A DNA stretch of 64,000 nt from an uncultured Actinomycetota bacterium (GCA_963756375.1 CAVWNJ010000005.1:1640440-1704439); one strand, 5' to 3'; numbered from the stretch's first letter, positions 9,473 through 20,357 are shown. Translations and numbers: made by a program. Notes: generated from the sequence alone by a model not told the origin.

Positions 9473-10879
9473 TCAGCCTTCGTAGACGAAGTCGGCGCCG
9501 AGCGCATCGAGCTTGTCGATGATGTGCTCGTAGCCGCGGCTGATGATGCCCATGTTGCTGACGACCGACTGCCCCTCGGCGCTCAGCGCCGCGATGAGGT
9601 GGCTGAATCCGCCGCGCAGGTCGGGAACGTAGATCTTTGCCCCGTGCAGCTTCGTCGGACCGGTGATGATGGCCGCCTGCTCGAAGTCGCGCCTCGCAAC
9701 CCGGCGCGGGTGGTCCGGCAGGCCCTCCTTGTGCACCACGATCTTCGCGCCCATCTCCACGAGCGCATCGGTGAAGCCGAACCGGTTCTCATACACGGTC
9801 TCGTGCACGATCGAGATGCCCTCGGCCTGGGTGAGAGCCACGATGAGCGGCTGCTGCCAGTCGGTCATGAACCCGGGGTGCACGTCGGTCTCGATCGTGA
9901 CCGGCTTGAGCGGGCCGCCGGGGTGCCAGAAGCGGATGCCGTCCTCCTGCACGTCGAACGCGCCGCCGACCTTGCGGAAGACGTTGAGGAAGGTCATGAG
10001 CTCGGACTGCCGCGCTCCGCGCACGAAGATGTCGCCGTGGGTCACGAGCGCTGCCGAGGCCCAGCTCGCCACCTCGTTGCGGTCGAACAGCGCCTTGTGG
10101 GTGTAGCCCTCCAGGCGGTCGACACCCTCGATGAGGATGACGCGGTTCGGCTCCACCGAGATGATGGCGCCCATCTTCTGCAGGATGGCAATGAGATCCA
10201 TGATCTCCGGCTCGATCGCCGCGTTCTTCAGCTCCGTGGTGCCGGTGGCTCGCACCGCGGTGAGGAGCACCTGCTCCGTCGCCCCGACGCTCGGGTAGGG
10301 CAGCTCGATGTCTGCGCCGCGAAGGCCGTTGGGTGCGGTGAGGTTGATGCCCTCGTAGGTCTTCTCCACGACGGCGCCGAACTTGCGCAGCGCATCCAGG
10401 TGGAAGTCGATCGGTCGATCGCCGATGCGGCATCCGCCGAGGTCGGGGATGCGTGCCTCACCGAGGCGGTGCAGCAGCGGGCCGCAGAACAGGATCGGGA
10501 TGCGGCTGGCGCCGGCGTGCGCGTCGATCTCGGCGAAGTGGGCGCTTTCGACCTTGCTGGTGTCGAAGGTGAGTTCGCCGACGGCGGTCTCGGTCACCTT
10601 GACGCCGTACACCTCGAGCAGGCCGCGCACGACCTGCACATCGCTGATGTCGGGCACGTCTTTCAGCACGCTCGGCGTCTCGCCGAGGAGCGCCGCGACC
10701 ATCGCTTTCGTCGCGAGATTCTTCGCCCCGCGCACCTGAATGGTGCCGGTCAGCGGCTTGCCGCCGTTGATGACGATCGAGTCCGACTTCAAGCCGACTC
10801 GAGCGCCTGCCTTCTGCGCGTCTTTGACGAGAGGGTTCACTTGCTTCACCTGCACTGACTGTCTGAGGGTGGTCTCCAC
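9473..10879 (-). CDS. murA: UDP-N-acetylglucosamine 1-carboxyvinyltransferase MurA (start uncertain; a GTG about 10-30 codons downstream is possible)
   Basis: EPT-family fold with the NGGKPLTGTIQVRGAKN N-terminal motif and C-terminal EPSP-like repeats. Confidence 0.85.
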   Translation of the reverse strand: METTLRQSVQVKQVNPLVKDAQKAGARVGLKSDSIVINGGKPLTGTIQVRGAKNLATKAMVAALLGETPSVLKDVPDISDVQVVRGLLEVYGVKVTETAVGELTFDTSKVESAHFAEIDAHAGASRIPILFCGPLLHRLGEARIPDLGGCRIGDRPIDFHLDALRKFGAVVEKTYEGINLTAPNGLRGADIELPYPSVGATEQVLLTAVRATGTTELKNAAIEPEIMDLIAILQKMGAIISVEPNRVILIEGVDRLEGYTHKALFDRNEVASWASAALVTHGDIFVRGARQSELMTFLNVFRKVGGAFDVQEDGIRFWHPGGPLKPVTIETDVHPGFMTDWQQPLIVALTQAEGISIVHETVYENRFGFTDALVEMGAKIVVHKEGLPDHPRRVARRDFEQAAIITGPTKLHGAKIYVPDLRGGFSHLIAALSAEGQSVVSNMGIISRGYEHIIDKLDALGADFVYEG

Positions 10880-10895
10880 CCTAGGGGGAGGCTCG

Positions 10896-11492
10896 CTACT
10901 TTACGGGGAGGGTGCGGGGGCGCCACGCTTCGCGCGTCGCCTCGAACGTGGAGATGGCCTCCTCGTCACGCAGAGTGAGACTGATGTCGTCGAGCCCTTC
11001 AAGCAACCGCCAGCGAGTGTAATCGTCGATCACGAACGGAACCGTCAACTCGCCCACCGTGGCGGTCCGTGCCACAAGGTCGACGGATGCCTCGATGCCG
11101 GGATTCTCGTTGATGGTTGCCCAGAAAGCGTCAGCGGCCTCTTCGGTGATCTCGCCGGCGAGCAGCCCCTGCTTTCCGGCGTTACCGCGGAAGATGTCCC
11201 CGAAGCGCGGGCTGAGCACAGCGGCGAAACCGAAGTCACGGAGGGCCCAGACGGCGTGCTCGCGGCTGGATCCCGTGCCGAAGTCGGGCCCTGCGATCAG
11301 CACTCGCGCGCCCTGGAACTCGGCACGGTTGAGCACGAAGTCCGGGTCCTGACGCCAGGCGTAGAACAGCGCGTCGTCGAAGCCGGACTTGGTGATGCGC
11401 TTGAGGAAGACCGCGGGGATGATCTGGTCGGTGTCGACGTTGGACCGCGGGAGCGGTGCGGCGATGCCGGTGATCACAGAGACCTTGTCCAT
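10896..11492 (-). CDS. leuD: 3-isopropylmalate dehydratase small subunit
   Basis: 198 aa starting MDKVSVITG (ATG 11490-11492) inside ORF 10896..12071. ATGA overlap with the leuC stop. Confidence 0.9.
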   Translation of the reverse strand: MDKVSVITGIAAPLPRSNVDTDQIIPAVFLKRITKSGFDDALFYAWRQDPDFVLNRAEFQGARVLIAGPDFGTGSSREHAVWALRDFGFAAVLSPRFGDIFRGNAGKQGLLAGEITEEAADAFWATINENPGIEASVDLVARTATVGELTVPFVIDDYTRWRLLEGLDDISLTLRDEEAISTFEATREAWRPRTLPVK

Positions 11493-12967
11493 CAGGCGTT
11501 CACCCCTTCCTGGGTGGTGGGCTCGGGGGTCGATGCCGTGACGAGGTCCCAGGGGCTCGAGAGGGTTCCGCGAATGGCGGTGGCCGCCGCGACGAGCGGT
11601 GAAACCAGGTGGGTGCGGCCGCCCTTGCCCTGCCTGCCCTCGAAGTTGCGGTTGGAGGTGGATGCGCAGCGCTCCCCCGGTGCCAACTGGTCCGGGTTCA
11701 TGCCGAGGCACATCGAGCATCCGGCGAACCGCCATTCGGCACCGAACTGCTTGACGATCTCGTCGATGCCCTCCGCCTCGGCCTCGATGCGCACGCGGGC
11801 GGAGCCCGGAACGACCATCACCCGCACGCCGTCCGCCTTCTTCTGACCCTTGATGATGGACGCGAACGCCCGCAGGTCTTCGATGCGACTGTTGGTGCAC
11901 GACCCCATGAAGACCGCGTCTACGGCGATCTCCTTCATCGGGGTGCCCGCGGTGATGTCCATGTACTCGAGAGCCCGCTCGGCAGCGGCGCGGTCGTTGT
12001 GGTCGGCAAAGCTCGCGGGGTCGGGAACCGTCTCGCTCAGCGACACACCCTGGCCGGGGTTCGTACCCCACGTGACGAAGGGCTCGAGGGTGTCGGCGTC
12101 GATGAAGACTTCGGCGTCGAAGACGGCGTCGTCGTCGGTGGCGAGGGTGTTCCAGTATTCGACGGCGGCGTCCCAGTCCGCGCCCGCCGGAGCGTGCGGG
12201 CGGCCTTCGAGGTAGTCGTAGGTGGTCTGGTCTGGGGCGACCATGCCGGCGCGTGCACCGGCCTCGATCGACATGTTGCAGATCGTCATGCGGCCTTCCA
12301 TCGACAGCGCACGGATGGCACTGCCCCGGTACTCCAGCACGTAGCCCTGGCCACCGCCGGTGCCGATCTTGGCGATGACGGCGAGGATGATGTCCTTCGC
12401 CGTGACACCGGGGCGCAGTGTGCCCTCCACCGTGATCGCCATCGTCTTGAAGGCCGTCAGCGGCAGCGTCTGCGTGGCGAGCACGTGCTCCACCTCACTG
12501 GTGCCGATGCCGAACGCCATGGCGCCGAAGGCACCGTGCGTGGAGGTGTGCGAGTCGCCGCAGACGACAGTGATGCCGGGCATCGTGAGCCCGAGCTGCG
12601 GCCCGACGACGTGCACGATTCCCTGCTCGATGTCGCCGAGCGAATGGATGCGCACCCCGAATTCGGCGCAGTTCTTGCGCAGGGTCTCGATCTGGATGCG
12701 ACTGGTCGGGTCGGCGATCGGCCGGTCGATCGCGAGAGTCGGGGTGTTGTGATCCTCGGTCGCGATGGTGAGGTCGGTGCGGCGGACCGGGCGACCGGCG
12801 AGCCTCAGCCCATCGAAGGCCTGGGGGCTGGTGACCTCGTGGATGAGGTGCAGGTCGATGTACAGCAGGTCGGGGTTGCCGTCATCGCCCTTGGCGACGA
12901 GATGGTCATCCCACACCTTCTCTGCCAGTGTGCGTGCGCGCGAGGATTCGGTGGTGCGTGTGGTCAT
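11492..12967 (-). CDS. leuC: 3-isopropylmalate dehydratase large subunit
   Basis: 491 aa aconitase-family protein with the cluster-ligand Cys motifs ([12 protein letters not shown]). Confidence 0.9.
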   Translation of the reverse strand: MTTRTTESSRARTLAEKVWDDHLVAKGDDGNPDLLYIDLHLIHEVTSPQAFDGLRLAGRPVRRTDLTIATEDHNTPTLAIDRPIADPTSRIQIETLRKNCAEFGVRIHSLGDIEQGIVHVVGPQLGLTMPGITVVCGDSHTSTHGAFGAMAFGIGTSEVEHVLATQTLPLTAFKTMAITVEGTLRPGVTAKDIILAVIAKIGTGGGQGYVLEYRGSAIRALSMEGRMTICNMSIEAGARAGMVAPDQTTYDYLEGRPHAPAGADWDAAVEYWNTLATDDDAVFDAEVFIDADTLEPFVTWGTNPGQGVSLSETVPDPASFADHNDRAAAERALEYMDITAGTPMKEIAVDAVFMGSCTNSRIEDLRAFASIIKGQKKADGVRVMVVPGSARVRIEAEAEGIDEIVKQFGAEWRFAGCSMCLGMNPDQLAPGERCASTSNRNFEGRQGKGGRTHLVSPLVAAATAIRGTLSSPWDLVTASTPEPTTQEGVNA

Positions 12968-13228
12968 GATGCGGTCTTTCTCCGGTTCGAGGGGTCAGCC
13001 AACGAGAACTCCGCGACGGGAGGGGCCTCTAGAGAATTCAGGACCCGTCGCGGCGACGAAGAAGAAGCTGACCAAACTGCATCCACAGAGGATAGCACCG
13101 CCCTGTCGAGGCTCCGGCTGTACAGACCCGTGCGAAAACGGGTTGCGCCAAATATCCTGTGACCGACAGCGCACCACAATCGCGCGTCACCACCTCGCCC
13201 ACAAGGCCGACTCTTCAGGAGAACAACC

Positions 13229-14323
13229 GTGACCCTCACGCAACCCCAGCCATCGCTCGACGTGCTCGCCGACATCCCCTTCACGCATGAGCGGGTGCTG
13301 ATCGCCACGGGGGCCAGGTCGGGTCTCGTGATCAGCGTGGCCGTGCACTCCACCCGCCTCGGTCAGGCGCTCGGCGGGGCACGGATGTGGCAGTACGAGT
13401 CGTGGACAGACGCTGTGGCCGACTCCCTGCGACTCTCCTCGGCGATGACCCTGAAGAACGCGGCCGCGGGAATCGACCACGGCGGCGGAAAGTCCGTCAT
13501 CCACATCCCGATGGGCACCGTGCTCACCGCGCAGCAGAAGCGGGACGCCATGCTCGACCTCGGCGACGCGATCGAGAGCCTCGGAGGCGCGTACATGACC
13601 GCCGAGGATGTCGGCACGAGCGCCGAGCTCATGGCGGTCGTGGCGGAGCGTACCGGGCACGTGTGCGGCCTCCCGCCCGAGCAGGGCGGCGTCGGCGAGC
13701 CGGCGGATGCCACGGCGGCCGGGGTCTACGCCAGCATCCGCGCGACCCTCGACGCCCTCTTCGGGAGCCGTGAGGTGGCCGGACGACACATCGTGGTGTC
13801 GGGCCTTGGACAGGTGGGCGGACGCCTCGCGCGGGCGCTCTCGGCGGCGGGAGCCCGGCTCACGGTGACCGATGTGAACCCGGACAAGAAGCTGCTGGCC
13901 GAGGAGCTCGGCGCGAACTGGGTCGGTGTCGCCGACGCCCTCACCGAGCGCGGTGACCTCCTCGTGCCGTGTGGCCTCGGCGGGGTGCTCACCTCGAGTG
14001 TCATCTCCGAGCTCAACGTGCTCGGCGTGGTCGGTGCCGCGAACAACCAGTTGGCCAGGCGCGAAGGCGCGTCAGAGCTCGAGGCTCGCGGCATCCTCTG
14101 GGCGCCCGACTTCGTGGTGAACGCGGGAGGCGTGGTCTATCTCGCGACCGCGTCGATGCCGGGCGCCGACCGGGCTGCGATCTCAGCCCGGGTCGACGCG
14201 ATCGGCGACACGGTGGCATCGATCTTCGCCGCGGCGAAGGCGCAGGGCATCACCACGCTCGCGGCGGCGGAGTCGCTCGCCGCAGCGAGGCTCGACGCCC
14301 CACTGGTCAGCACGCTCGACTGA
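13229..14323 (+). CDS. Glu/Leu/Phe/Val dehydrogenase family protein (leucine/valine dehydrogenase-like)
   Basis: 364 aa with the catalytic GxGKSV-like motif (GGGKSVI) and the NAD Rossmann motif GLGQVGG. RBS aggaga upstream of a GTG start. Confidence 0.8.
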   Translation: MTLTQPQPSLDVLADIPFTHERVLIATGARSGLVISVAVHSTRLGQALGGARMWQYESWTDAVADSLRLSSAMTLKNAAAGIDHGGGKSVIHIPMGTVLTAQQKRDAMLDLGDAIESLGGAYMTAEDVGTSAELMAVVAERTGHVCGLPPEQGGVGEPADATAAGVYASIRATLDALFGSREVAGRHIVVSGLGQVGGRLARALSAAGARLTVTDVNPDKKLLAEELGANWVGVADALTERGDLLVPCGLGGVLTSSVISELNVLGVVGAANNQLARREGASELEARGILWAPDFVVNAGGVVYLATASMPGADRAAISARVDAIGDTVASIFAAAKAQGITTLAAAESLAAARLDAPLVSTLD

Positions 14324-14330
14324 CCCGAAC

Positions 14331-14361
14331 CTGCGGCGCCTCGCGGTGCGAGGCGCCGCAG
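14331..14361. terminator. bidirectional stem-loop (ctgcggcgcctcgc-ggtg-cgaggcgccgcag) between the convergent dehydrogenase and terC genes
   Basis: Perfect 13-14-bp GC-rich inverted repeat seen in the sequence. Confidence 0.6.
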
Positions 14362-14367
14362 GTGCGG

Positions 14368-15396
14368 TCACTCGCGAGGGAGCTTGTCACCCTCGATGCG
14401 CTCAGGCACGGCGCTGCGGTCGCGGCTCGTCTTGATGAGACTCGCGCCAGTGGCGACGATGATGGCGGCGACGATCACTGCGAGCGAGGTGAAGGTGCCG
14501 ATCTCCGGCGCCCACTCGATGTGCTGACCGCCGTTGATGAAGGGCAGCTCGTTCTCGTGCATGGCGTGGAGCACCAGCTTCACGCCGATGAAGCCGAGGA
14601 TGAACGCGATGCCGTAGTGCAGGTAGACCAGTCTCTCGAGGAGCCCACCGAGCAGGAAGTAGAGCTGGCGGAGACCCATCAGCGCGAAGATGTTCGCGGT
14701 GAACACGATGAACGGGCTCTGGGTGATTCCGAAGATGGCCGGGATCGAGTCGAGCGCGAAGATGAGGTCGGTGGACCCGATCGCGAGGAACACGATGAGC
14801 ATCGGCGTGAAGTACTTCTTGCCGTCGACCGTGGTGCGCAGCTTCGCCCCGTCGTAGGTGTCCACGGTGCGCACGCGCTTCTTGATGGAGCGGATGAAGA
14901 AGTTGTCGGTGGCTTCTTCGCCGTCATCCGCGCTGTGGAACGCCTGCTGGTAGGCCGTGTAGAGCAGGAACGCCCCGAAGATGTAGAAGACCCAGCTGAA
15001 GTTCTCGATGAGCTGGGCGCCGAGCAGGATGAAGATGCCTCGCAGTATCAGGGCGATGATGATGCCGATCATCAGCACCTCCTGCTGCAGCTTCGCCGGC
15101 ACGGCGAACCTCGCCATGATGATGACGAAGACGAAGAGGTTGTCGACGCTCAGGGAGTATTCGGTCAGCCACCCCGCCACGAATTGCCCGGCGGTTTCGG
15201 CACCGCCGACGAAGTACATCACCACCGCGAAGATCAGCGCGAGCGAGACGTAGAACCCGACCCAGAGCCCGGATTCCTTGAGCGACGGCACATGCGGCCG
15301 CCGGATGACGATGAGGAGGTCTGCTGTGAGGATGAGCAGCAGCAGCACGATCGAGACGACCTCGAAGGCAACAGGAAGCTGAGTGGAAAGAGTCAT
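14368..15396 (-). CDS. terC: TerC family integral membrane protein
   Basis: 342 aa multi-TM protein with the TerC family signature (TEYSLSVDNLFVF...). Confidence 0.85.
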   Translation of the reverse strand: MTLSTQLPVAFEVVSIVLLLLILTADLLIVIRRPHVPSLKESGLWVGFYVSLALIFAVVMYFVGGAETAGQFVAGWLTEYSLSVDNLFVFVIIMARFAVPAKLQQEVLMIGIIIALILRGIFILLGAQLIENFSWVFYIFGAFLLYTAYQQAFHSADDGEEATDNFFIRSIKKRVRTVDTYDGAKLRTTVDGKKYFTPMLIVFLAIGSTDLIFALDSIPAIFGITQSPFIVFTANIFALMGLRQLYFLLGGLLERLVYLHYGIAFILGFIGVKLVLHAMHENELPFINGGQHIEWAPEIGTFTSLAVIVAAIIVATGASLIKTSRDRSAVPERIEGDKLPRE

Positions 15397-15419
15397 CGAA
15401 GACTTTCGCTAGAGGAGTG

Positions 15420-15550
15420 TGGGGTACGGCAAAGCTCGAAAGTCTCTCCCTGCGTCGTGATTGACGACGCCACCACAACCGGGGCAGCGATGATGCTGTC
15501 CGTACTGACGACTGTGATGAGGCGGGGTACTCCCCTTCGCGCGTTCAGAA
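15420..15550 (-). promoter_or_regulatory. candidate yybP-ykoY (Mn2+) riboswitch in the terC 5' leader
   Basis: On the minus strand the leader contains GGGGAGUACCCC (plus 15524-15535) and GGGAGAGACUUUCG (plus 15437-15450), resembling the conserved loops of the yybP-ykoY element. This class commonly precedes TerC-family genes. Confidence 0.55.
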
Positions 15551-15571
15551 TAGCCGACATCGGGCGCGCTA

Positions 15572-16225
15572 TCACCGCACGGTGATGCGCCCCTGCTCCC
15601 ACAGGAGCACGGCAGACACCCTCGGGTTGGATTGTTCGTCGTCGTCGAGTCCGAGCGCCGCGAACAGGCGGCCGATCATCGTCTCGGCGGCACGCACAGT
15701 GGTGCCCCGCTGCTCCGCGACCGCTCGCGTGGATGCGCCTGCCGCGAGCATCCGCAGCACCTCGGCCTGGGCGAGCGTCACCGACCAGGTTCCGCTCGCG
15801 TCGATGGGGGCGGTGTTGACCCGTTGATGCCCGGCGATGGCCTGCCGCACGGCGTCGCCGAGTTCGTCGACCGCACGCAATTGGGACTTCACGAGGTAGA
15901 TCACCCCGGTCGGCAGCACGGCGGCGTCGTCGATCGCAAGCTCCGGCGACCGGTGCGAGGTGAGCACGACAAGACCCACCCAGGGGTAGTCGTGGCTGAT
16001 CCGCTGCAGAAGGGTCGCACCGGATCCGCCCGGTCCGAAGTTCAGGTCGGACACGATCGCGTGCGGGTCGATCTCGTCGACCAGCTGCAGCGCTGTGGTG
16101 ACGTCGGCGGCGGTCTCCACCTCGAAGCCCTGCGAACGCAGGCCGTCCCCGACGAGCGACACCGTGAAGGCGTCGTCATCGGCGACCACCACGCGCAGCG
16201 CCGTTCGATCTCCGGTCATGCTCAT
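15572..16225 (-). CDS. response regulator with C-terminal LuxR-type HTH
   Basis: 217 aa with a receiver-like N-terminus and the LuxR HTH (TLAQAEVLRMLAAGASTRAVAEQRGTTVRAAETMI). ATGA overlap with the upstream kinase. Confidence 0.75.
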   Translation of the reverse strand: MSMTGDRTALRVVVADDDAFTVSLVGDGLRSQGFEVETAADVTTALQLVDEIDPHAIVSDLNFGPGGSGATLLQRISHDYPWVGLVVLTSHRSPELAIDDAAVLPTGVIYLVKSQLRAVDELGDAVRQAIAGHQRVNTAPIDASGTWSVTLAQAEVLRMLAAGASTRAVAEQRGTTVRAAETMIGRLFAALGLDDDEQSNPRVSAVLLWEQGRITVR

Positions 16226-18501
16226 CGCGCGGCACCCTCGAGCGCTGTCGCAACCGTTCGGAGGAGATCGGTCGAGGTGAAGGGTTTGGAGAGGAATGCC
16301 CGGATGCCCGGGAACGCGTCACGCTTGGCGTTGCGACTGGTGCTGAGCCCGCTGGCCACGATGATCGGAAGGGCGGGGTGCCGTTCGGCCAGGTACGCGG
16401 CGAGTGCGGCGCCATCCATCACCGGCATCATCACGTCGGTGAAGACGAGGTCGATGGGCGCCGCATCCGATTCCACGAGCGAGATGGCCTCCTCGCCATG
16501 GCCTGCACCGAGCGTCGTGTAGCCGTGCGCCTCGAGGGACTTGCGCACCACCTGCCGGATGGCGGTCTCGTCGTCGACGACGAGGATGCGCTGGCCACGA
16601 CCGATCGGAATCGACGCGCCGTCATCGACCGGATGCTCGGCGAGCGCGCGGCCGTCGCCGGACGCCGGGAGGTGGACGAGGAATCTCGACCCATTTCCGG
16701 GCTCGCTGTAGGCCTGCAGTTGTCCGCCATGGCTCCGGATGATCCCGACCGACGTCGCGAGCCCGAGCCCGGTGCCCTCTCCCTGCGATTTGGTGGTGAA
16801 GAACGGCTCGAAGATGCGGCTCATCTCGTCTTGCGGGATTCCCACGCCGGAGTCTTCGACCTCGAGTCGGATGTAGCTGCCCGGGACCAGCTCGGCATCG
16901 ATGGGGGTATGAACCGCAGAGACCACGACATTCCTCGCCGACACGAGGAGTCGACCGCCGTCGGGCATCGCGTCGCGCGCGTTGATGACGAGGTTCATGA
17001 GCACCTGCAGGATCTGCGTCGGGTCACCCGTGATCGGCAGGAGGCGATCATCCGATTCGACCGACCAGTCGATACCGGCGGGAACGGTGGTGCGACAGAA
17101 CTCGCTGACCTCCTGCAGCACCGTGACGAGATCGATCGGCAGCCGGCGCCCCTCCATTCCGCTCGCGAAGGACAGCACCTGGCGGATCATGTCCGCCCCC
17201 CGCTTGACGCTCGCCTCCATCGTGGAGAGCAACTGCGCGCGCATGGGATCAGACTCACCGGCAGCGAGGAGCTGCACCGACATGAGCACGGGAGTGAGCA
17301 CATTGTTGAGATCGTGGGCGACGCCGCTGGCCAGGTTTCCGAGGCTCTCCATGCGCTGCGCCCGCACCTGCAGTTCGTCCCGCCGTCGCTGCTGAGTCAC
17401 ATCGGTGCTCACGGTGAGGATCTTCTCGGGTTGTCCCTCCTGGCCGCTGATGAGCGTCCAGGAGGAGTTGACGACGATTCGTCGCCCCGAGCGGTGCCTC
17501 TGCTCGAGGTCACCCGACCACGCGCCGATACGTCGCACCGTCTCGATGGCGTCGGCGAGTTCGTTGGCGTCGGCGAACACGGCATCGTGAGCGGACAGCG
17601 CGATTGCTTCGTCATGGGTGTAGCCGTAGAGAGTTTCGGCCGCGGCATTCCAGAATTCGATGCTGTCGTCGAGTCTGCGCACGACGATCGCGTCTCGAGC
17701 GAGGTTCAGCAGGGCCGCCTGCGCCTCGATACGGCCAGCGCTCTCCTCGAGCGCCCGCCGCGACATCTCCTGCTCGGTGACGTTCTTGAGGTAGACGGTC
17801 AGCCCGCCCTCCGTCGGGTACGCGGTGATGTCGAGCCAGGCGTCGAGCCGCTCGATGTATTGCAGAACCTCGACGGTTTCCTGCGTCTCGACGGCGCGCC
17901 GGTATGCCGCCGCGTAGTCGGATCCGTGCGCGGTCGGCACGACGTCCCACAGCACGTTTCCGATCAGATCCAGCGCCGAGAGGTTCAGGATGCTCTCCGC
18001 GCCGGGATTCATGTAGGTGATGATCCAGTCGGCATCGAACATCAGGACGCCATCGCTGATGCGGTTGAGCGCTTCGCCAAGGGTGCGTTCGACGGTGCCT
18101 CGCGCCTCCTCGGCGGCGAGCAGGGCACCTATGTCGAAGAATGCGCCCTGGACACCGACGATCTTGCCGGACGCATCGCGGTGGGCCTCGCCCATGGTGC
18201 GCATCCGCACGACTTCTCCGCCCGGAACCGTGAAGTCGCGACGGTGGTCGAACGGGGTGCCGTCGAATTTGCTGATCGAGTCGAGGATGGACCTCTGATC
18301 GTGTTCCGGATACCGGTCGATGGCATTCCTGCTCGACTCCTCGGCCGGATATCCGAGCATCGCGCTGAGCTCTTCGGTCCAGGTCACATGGCCGGTCGCG
18401 AGGTCGATGTACCAGCCCCCGAATCGCGCCCGCTCCCCCGCCATGCGCAGGAGTTGGTCGCGGTCACCCGGCCACGGGGTGCGCGAGGGCGCTTCGGTCA
18501 T
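16222..18501 (-). CDS. PAS-domain hybrid sensor histidine kinase / response regulator
   Basis: 759 aa with PAS repeats, HisKA (SHDLNNVLTP) and HATPase (GTGLGLA) regions, and a C-terminal receiver domain (ILVVDDE...DVMMP). Confidence 0.85.
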   Translation of the reverse strand: MTEAPSRTPWPGDRDQLLRMAGERARFGGWYIDLATGHVTWTEELSAMLGYPAEESSRNAIDRYPEHDQRSILDSISKFDGTPFDHRRDFTVPGGEVVRMRTMGEAHRDASGKIVGVQGAFFDIGALLAAEEARGTVERTLGEALNRISDGVLMFDADWIITYMNPGAESILNLSALDLIGNVLWDVVPTAHGSDYAAAYRRAVETQETVEVLQYIERLDAWLDITAYPTEGGLTVYLKNVTEQEMSRRALEESAGRIEAQAALLNLARDAIVVRRLDDSIEFWNAAAETLYGYTHDEAIALSAHDAVFADANELADAIETVRRIGAWSGDLEQRHRSGRRIVVNSSWTLISGQEGQPEKILTVSTDVTQQRRRDELQVRAQRMESLGNLASGVAHDLNNVLTPVLMSVQLLAAGESDPMRAQLLSTMEASVKRGADMIRQVLSFASGMEGRRLPIDLVTVLQEVSEFCRTTVPAGIDWSVESDDRLLPITGDPTQILQVLMNLVINARDAMPDGGRLLVSARNVVVSAVHTPIDAELVPGSYIRLEVEDSGVGIPQDEMSRIFEPFFTTKSQGEGTGLGLATSVGIIRSHGGQLQAYSEPGNGSRFLVHLPASGDGRALAEHPVDDGASIPIGRGQRILVVDDETAIRQVVRKSLEAHGYTTLGAGHGEEAISLVESDAAPIDLVFTDVMMPVMDGAALAAYLAERHPALPIIVASGLSTSRNAKRDAFPGIRAFLSKPFTSTDLLRTVATALEGAAR

Positions 18502-18510
18502 TCCGGCTCC

Positions 18511-18897
18511 TCAGCTGTCCGGGCCAGACGGCGTGGATAGGCGGGACACGGCGTCGAGCAACGCGGGGAGTTCGACCGGCTTGGCGAGGTATTCGATTCC
18601 CGCCGCTTCCGGTCCGAGTGTCGCGTGGCTGTCGCCGCTGAGAAGGATAACACCGGGCGGCCGGACCGCCTCTTTGAGCAGCGTGAGGGTCTGGGCGAGC
18701 GGCTGGCCCGGCATCCGCGCATCGAGGATGACGATGTCGATGGCGTCGGTGCGCACAATCTGCACTGCCGTCGCGCCGTCGTGTGCTTCTCGCCCCGCAT
18801 ACCCCGATCCGGTGAGCGCAGTCATCACCACGAAGCGGATCAGCGGGTCGTCATCGACGACAAGTACGGTCGGTGCCGCGCGTCCCCCGGTTGACAT
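18511..18897 (-). CDS. single-domain response regulator (CheY-like receiver)
   Basis: Receiver motifs VLVVDDD ... ILDARMP. Start chosen at MSTGG (ATG 18895-18897) inside ORF 18511..19005. Confidence 0.65.
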   Translation of the reverse strand: MSTGGRAAPTVLVVDDDPLIRFVVMTALTGSGYAGREAHDGATAVQIVRTDAIDIVILDARMPGQPLAQTLTLLKEAVRPPGVILLSGDSHATLGPEAAGIEYLAKPVELPALLDAVSRLSTPSGPDS

Positions 18898-18922
18898 GTG
18901 CTCGACTATAACGGCCGGGGTG

Positions 18923-20311
18923 TCACCTGACCGAGCCCGCTCCCATCGCAGCGAGGTCGTTCGAGGCCGAGTCGAGATGGCTGACGACCGCATCGGTGAT
19001 GGCACTCGTGCCGGAGTGCGAGCCGACGGCAGGCCCGGCCGCGTGAAAGTTGAGCGCCATAGCGCACGCGGAGAGGCGCCCGATCACGGGCCCGTGCAGC
19101 AGCGCGCGGACCTGCTCTCGAACGCGGACCTCGATGTCTTTCGCGCTCTCTGCGAGCGCACGGGTGTCCGCCCGCACGCCTTCGATCCTGTTCTCCAGCT
19201 CCCGGTTGGATCGCGCAATCCCCCCTGCGACGGAGGTCACGCTGGCACAGAAGGTGACGCCGAACGGGATCAGCGCGGCGAGCATCATGCCCGCCGAACC
19301 CGGTCGCGCGCCCGACAGACCGAGGAACACCAGCGCGCCAAGGGACCCGGCAGCGAAGGCGCCGATGGTGACGAATCGCAGACGCGTGCCGCGATCGGCG
19401 GTGAAACGGTCGAGAAACTCGAGGAGCAGCACCAATGCCCCGCTCACGGCGATCAGTGCGGCGACGGTGGCGACCGCGAACGGCCATCCGCCTTCCGGTA
19501 TCGCGATCACGAGGGCCAGCGGGCCGAGGAGCACGCTCGTCATCACGGCGACAAGTGCGGGAGACGACCCGACGAACCGGAGCGCGGCTCCGAGCGGTGC
19601 CGGTGTGGGCAAGCGGATGCCGCCGGTGGGAAGTGCTGCGCCGTCGACGATGTGCGCCGCATCCTCGGTGACCGCCGCGATGCGGTCGCCGATGGATCTG
19701 AGCTCCTCCGGGTCGAGCCGCCCGGTGAGCGCCCCCAAGCTCGACCGCAGCTCCGAGATCACGGGCACCACCGTCTCCTGCACCGTGGCGAGGAGTTGGT
19801 CACTCAGTTCCTTGATCGACGTATCCGCGCGACTGCGCTCCACATCGCGCACCCTGGTGGCGAGTTCGAGTTCGTCGAGCAGCGCACGGCGGGCATCGAT
19901 CTGAGCCGCGGAGTACACGGCGACGGGCATCCAGAGCAGCATGGTGAGCAGCCACACGACGATGCGTTCGAGGAACGCCGGCTCTGCGCCGGTCATTCCG
20001 TGGAGCACGAGGCCACCGACAACCCCCCTGATGACCGCCATAGCGGTCCAGAGCGAGATGCTCGCCCACAGGGGAATAGGTGCGGCGCGATTCCTGCGGG
20101 CGACTTCGACGATCGCCAGCGGTATGAGCACGCCGAGATGTTGGGCGATCACCGACGTCACGATCGAGGCGGGCGTTGTGCCCGCGTAGACCACTTCCGC
20201 AGCGATCGTGAGCAGAACGCTCGGGATCAGCAGGAGCACGAGGCCGAGCGGCCGGGATGCCCAGCGGCTGCCGAGGGCAGCGCGGATACTCAGGGGCATG
20301 TCACCCACCAT
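18923..20311 (-). CDS. multi-pass membrane protein of unknown function, first gene of the signalling operon (putative sensor/accessory)
   Basis: 462 aa with many TM helices and a central coiled-coil-like segment. No recognisable catalytic motif. Confidence 0.5.
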   Translation of the reverse strand: MVGDMPLSIRAALGSRWASRPLGLVLLLIPSVLLTIAAEVVYAGTTPASIVTSVIAQHLGVLIPLAIVEVARRNRAAPIPLWASISLWTAMAVIRGVVGGLVLHGMTGAEPAFLERIVVWLLTMLLWMPVAVYSAAQIDARRALLDELELATRVRDVERSRADTSIKELSDQLLATVQETVVPVISELRSSLGALTGRLDPEELRSIGDRIAAVTEDAAHIVDGAALPTGGIRLPTPAPLGAALRFVGSSPALVAVMTSVLLGPLALVIAIPEGGWPFAVATVAALIAVSGALVLLLEFLDRFTADRGTRLRFVTIGAFAAGSLGALVFLGLSGARPGSAGMMLAALIPFGVTFCASVTSVAGGIARSNRELENRIEGVRADTRALAESAKDIEVRVREQVRALLHGPVIGRLSACAMALNFHAAGPAVGSHSGTSAITDAVVSHLDSASNDLAAMGAGSVR

Positions 20312-20357
20312 CCGCTCATGACGCCGACCGGATGTCGGAAGCCGCCTTTGTCAGCAT

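Noticed and set aside
12968-13228. Possible T-box or leader peptide upstream of leuC or of the amino-acid dehydrogenase
   Set aside because: No T-box specifier or antiterminator consensus and no Leu-rich leader ORF with an RBS were seen. The region is treated as a plain divergent promoter.
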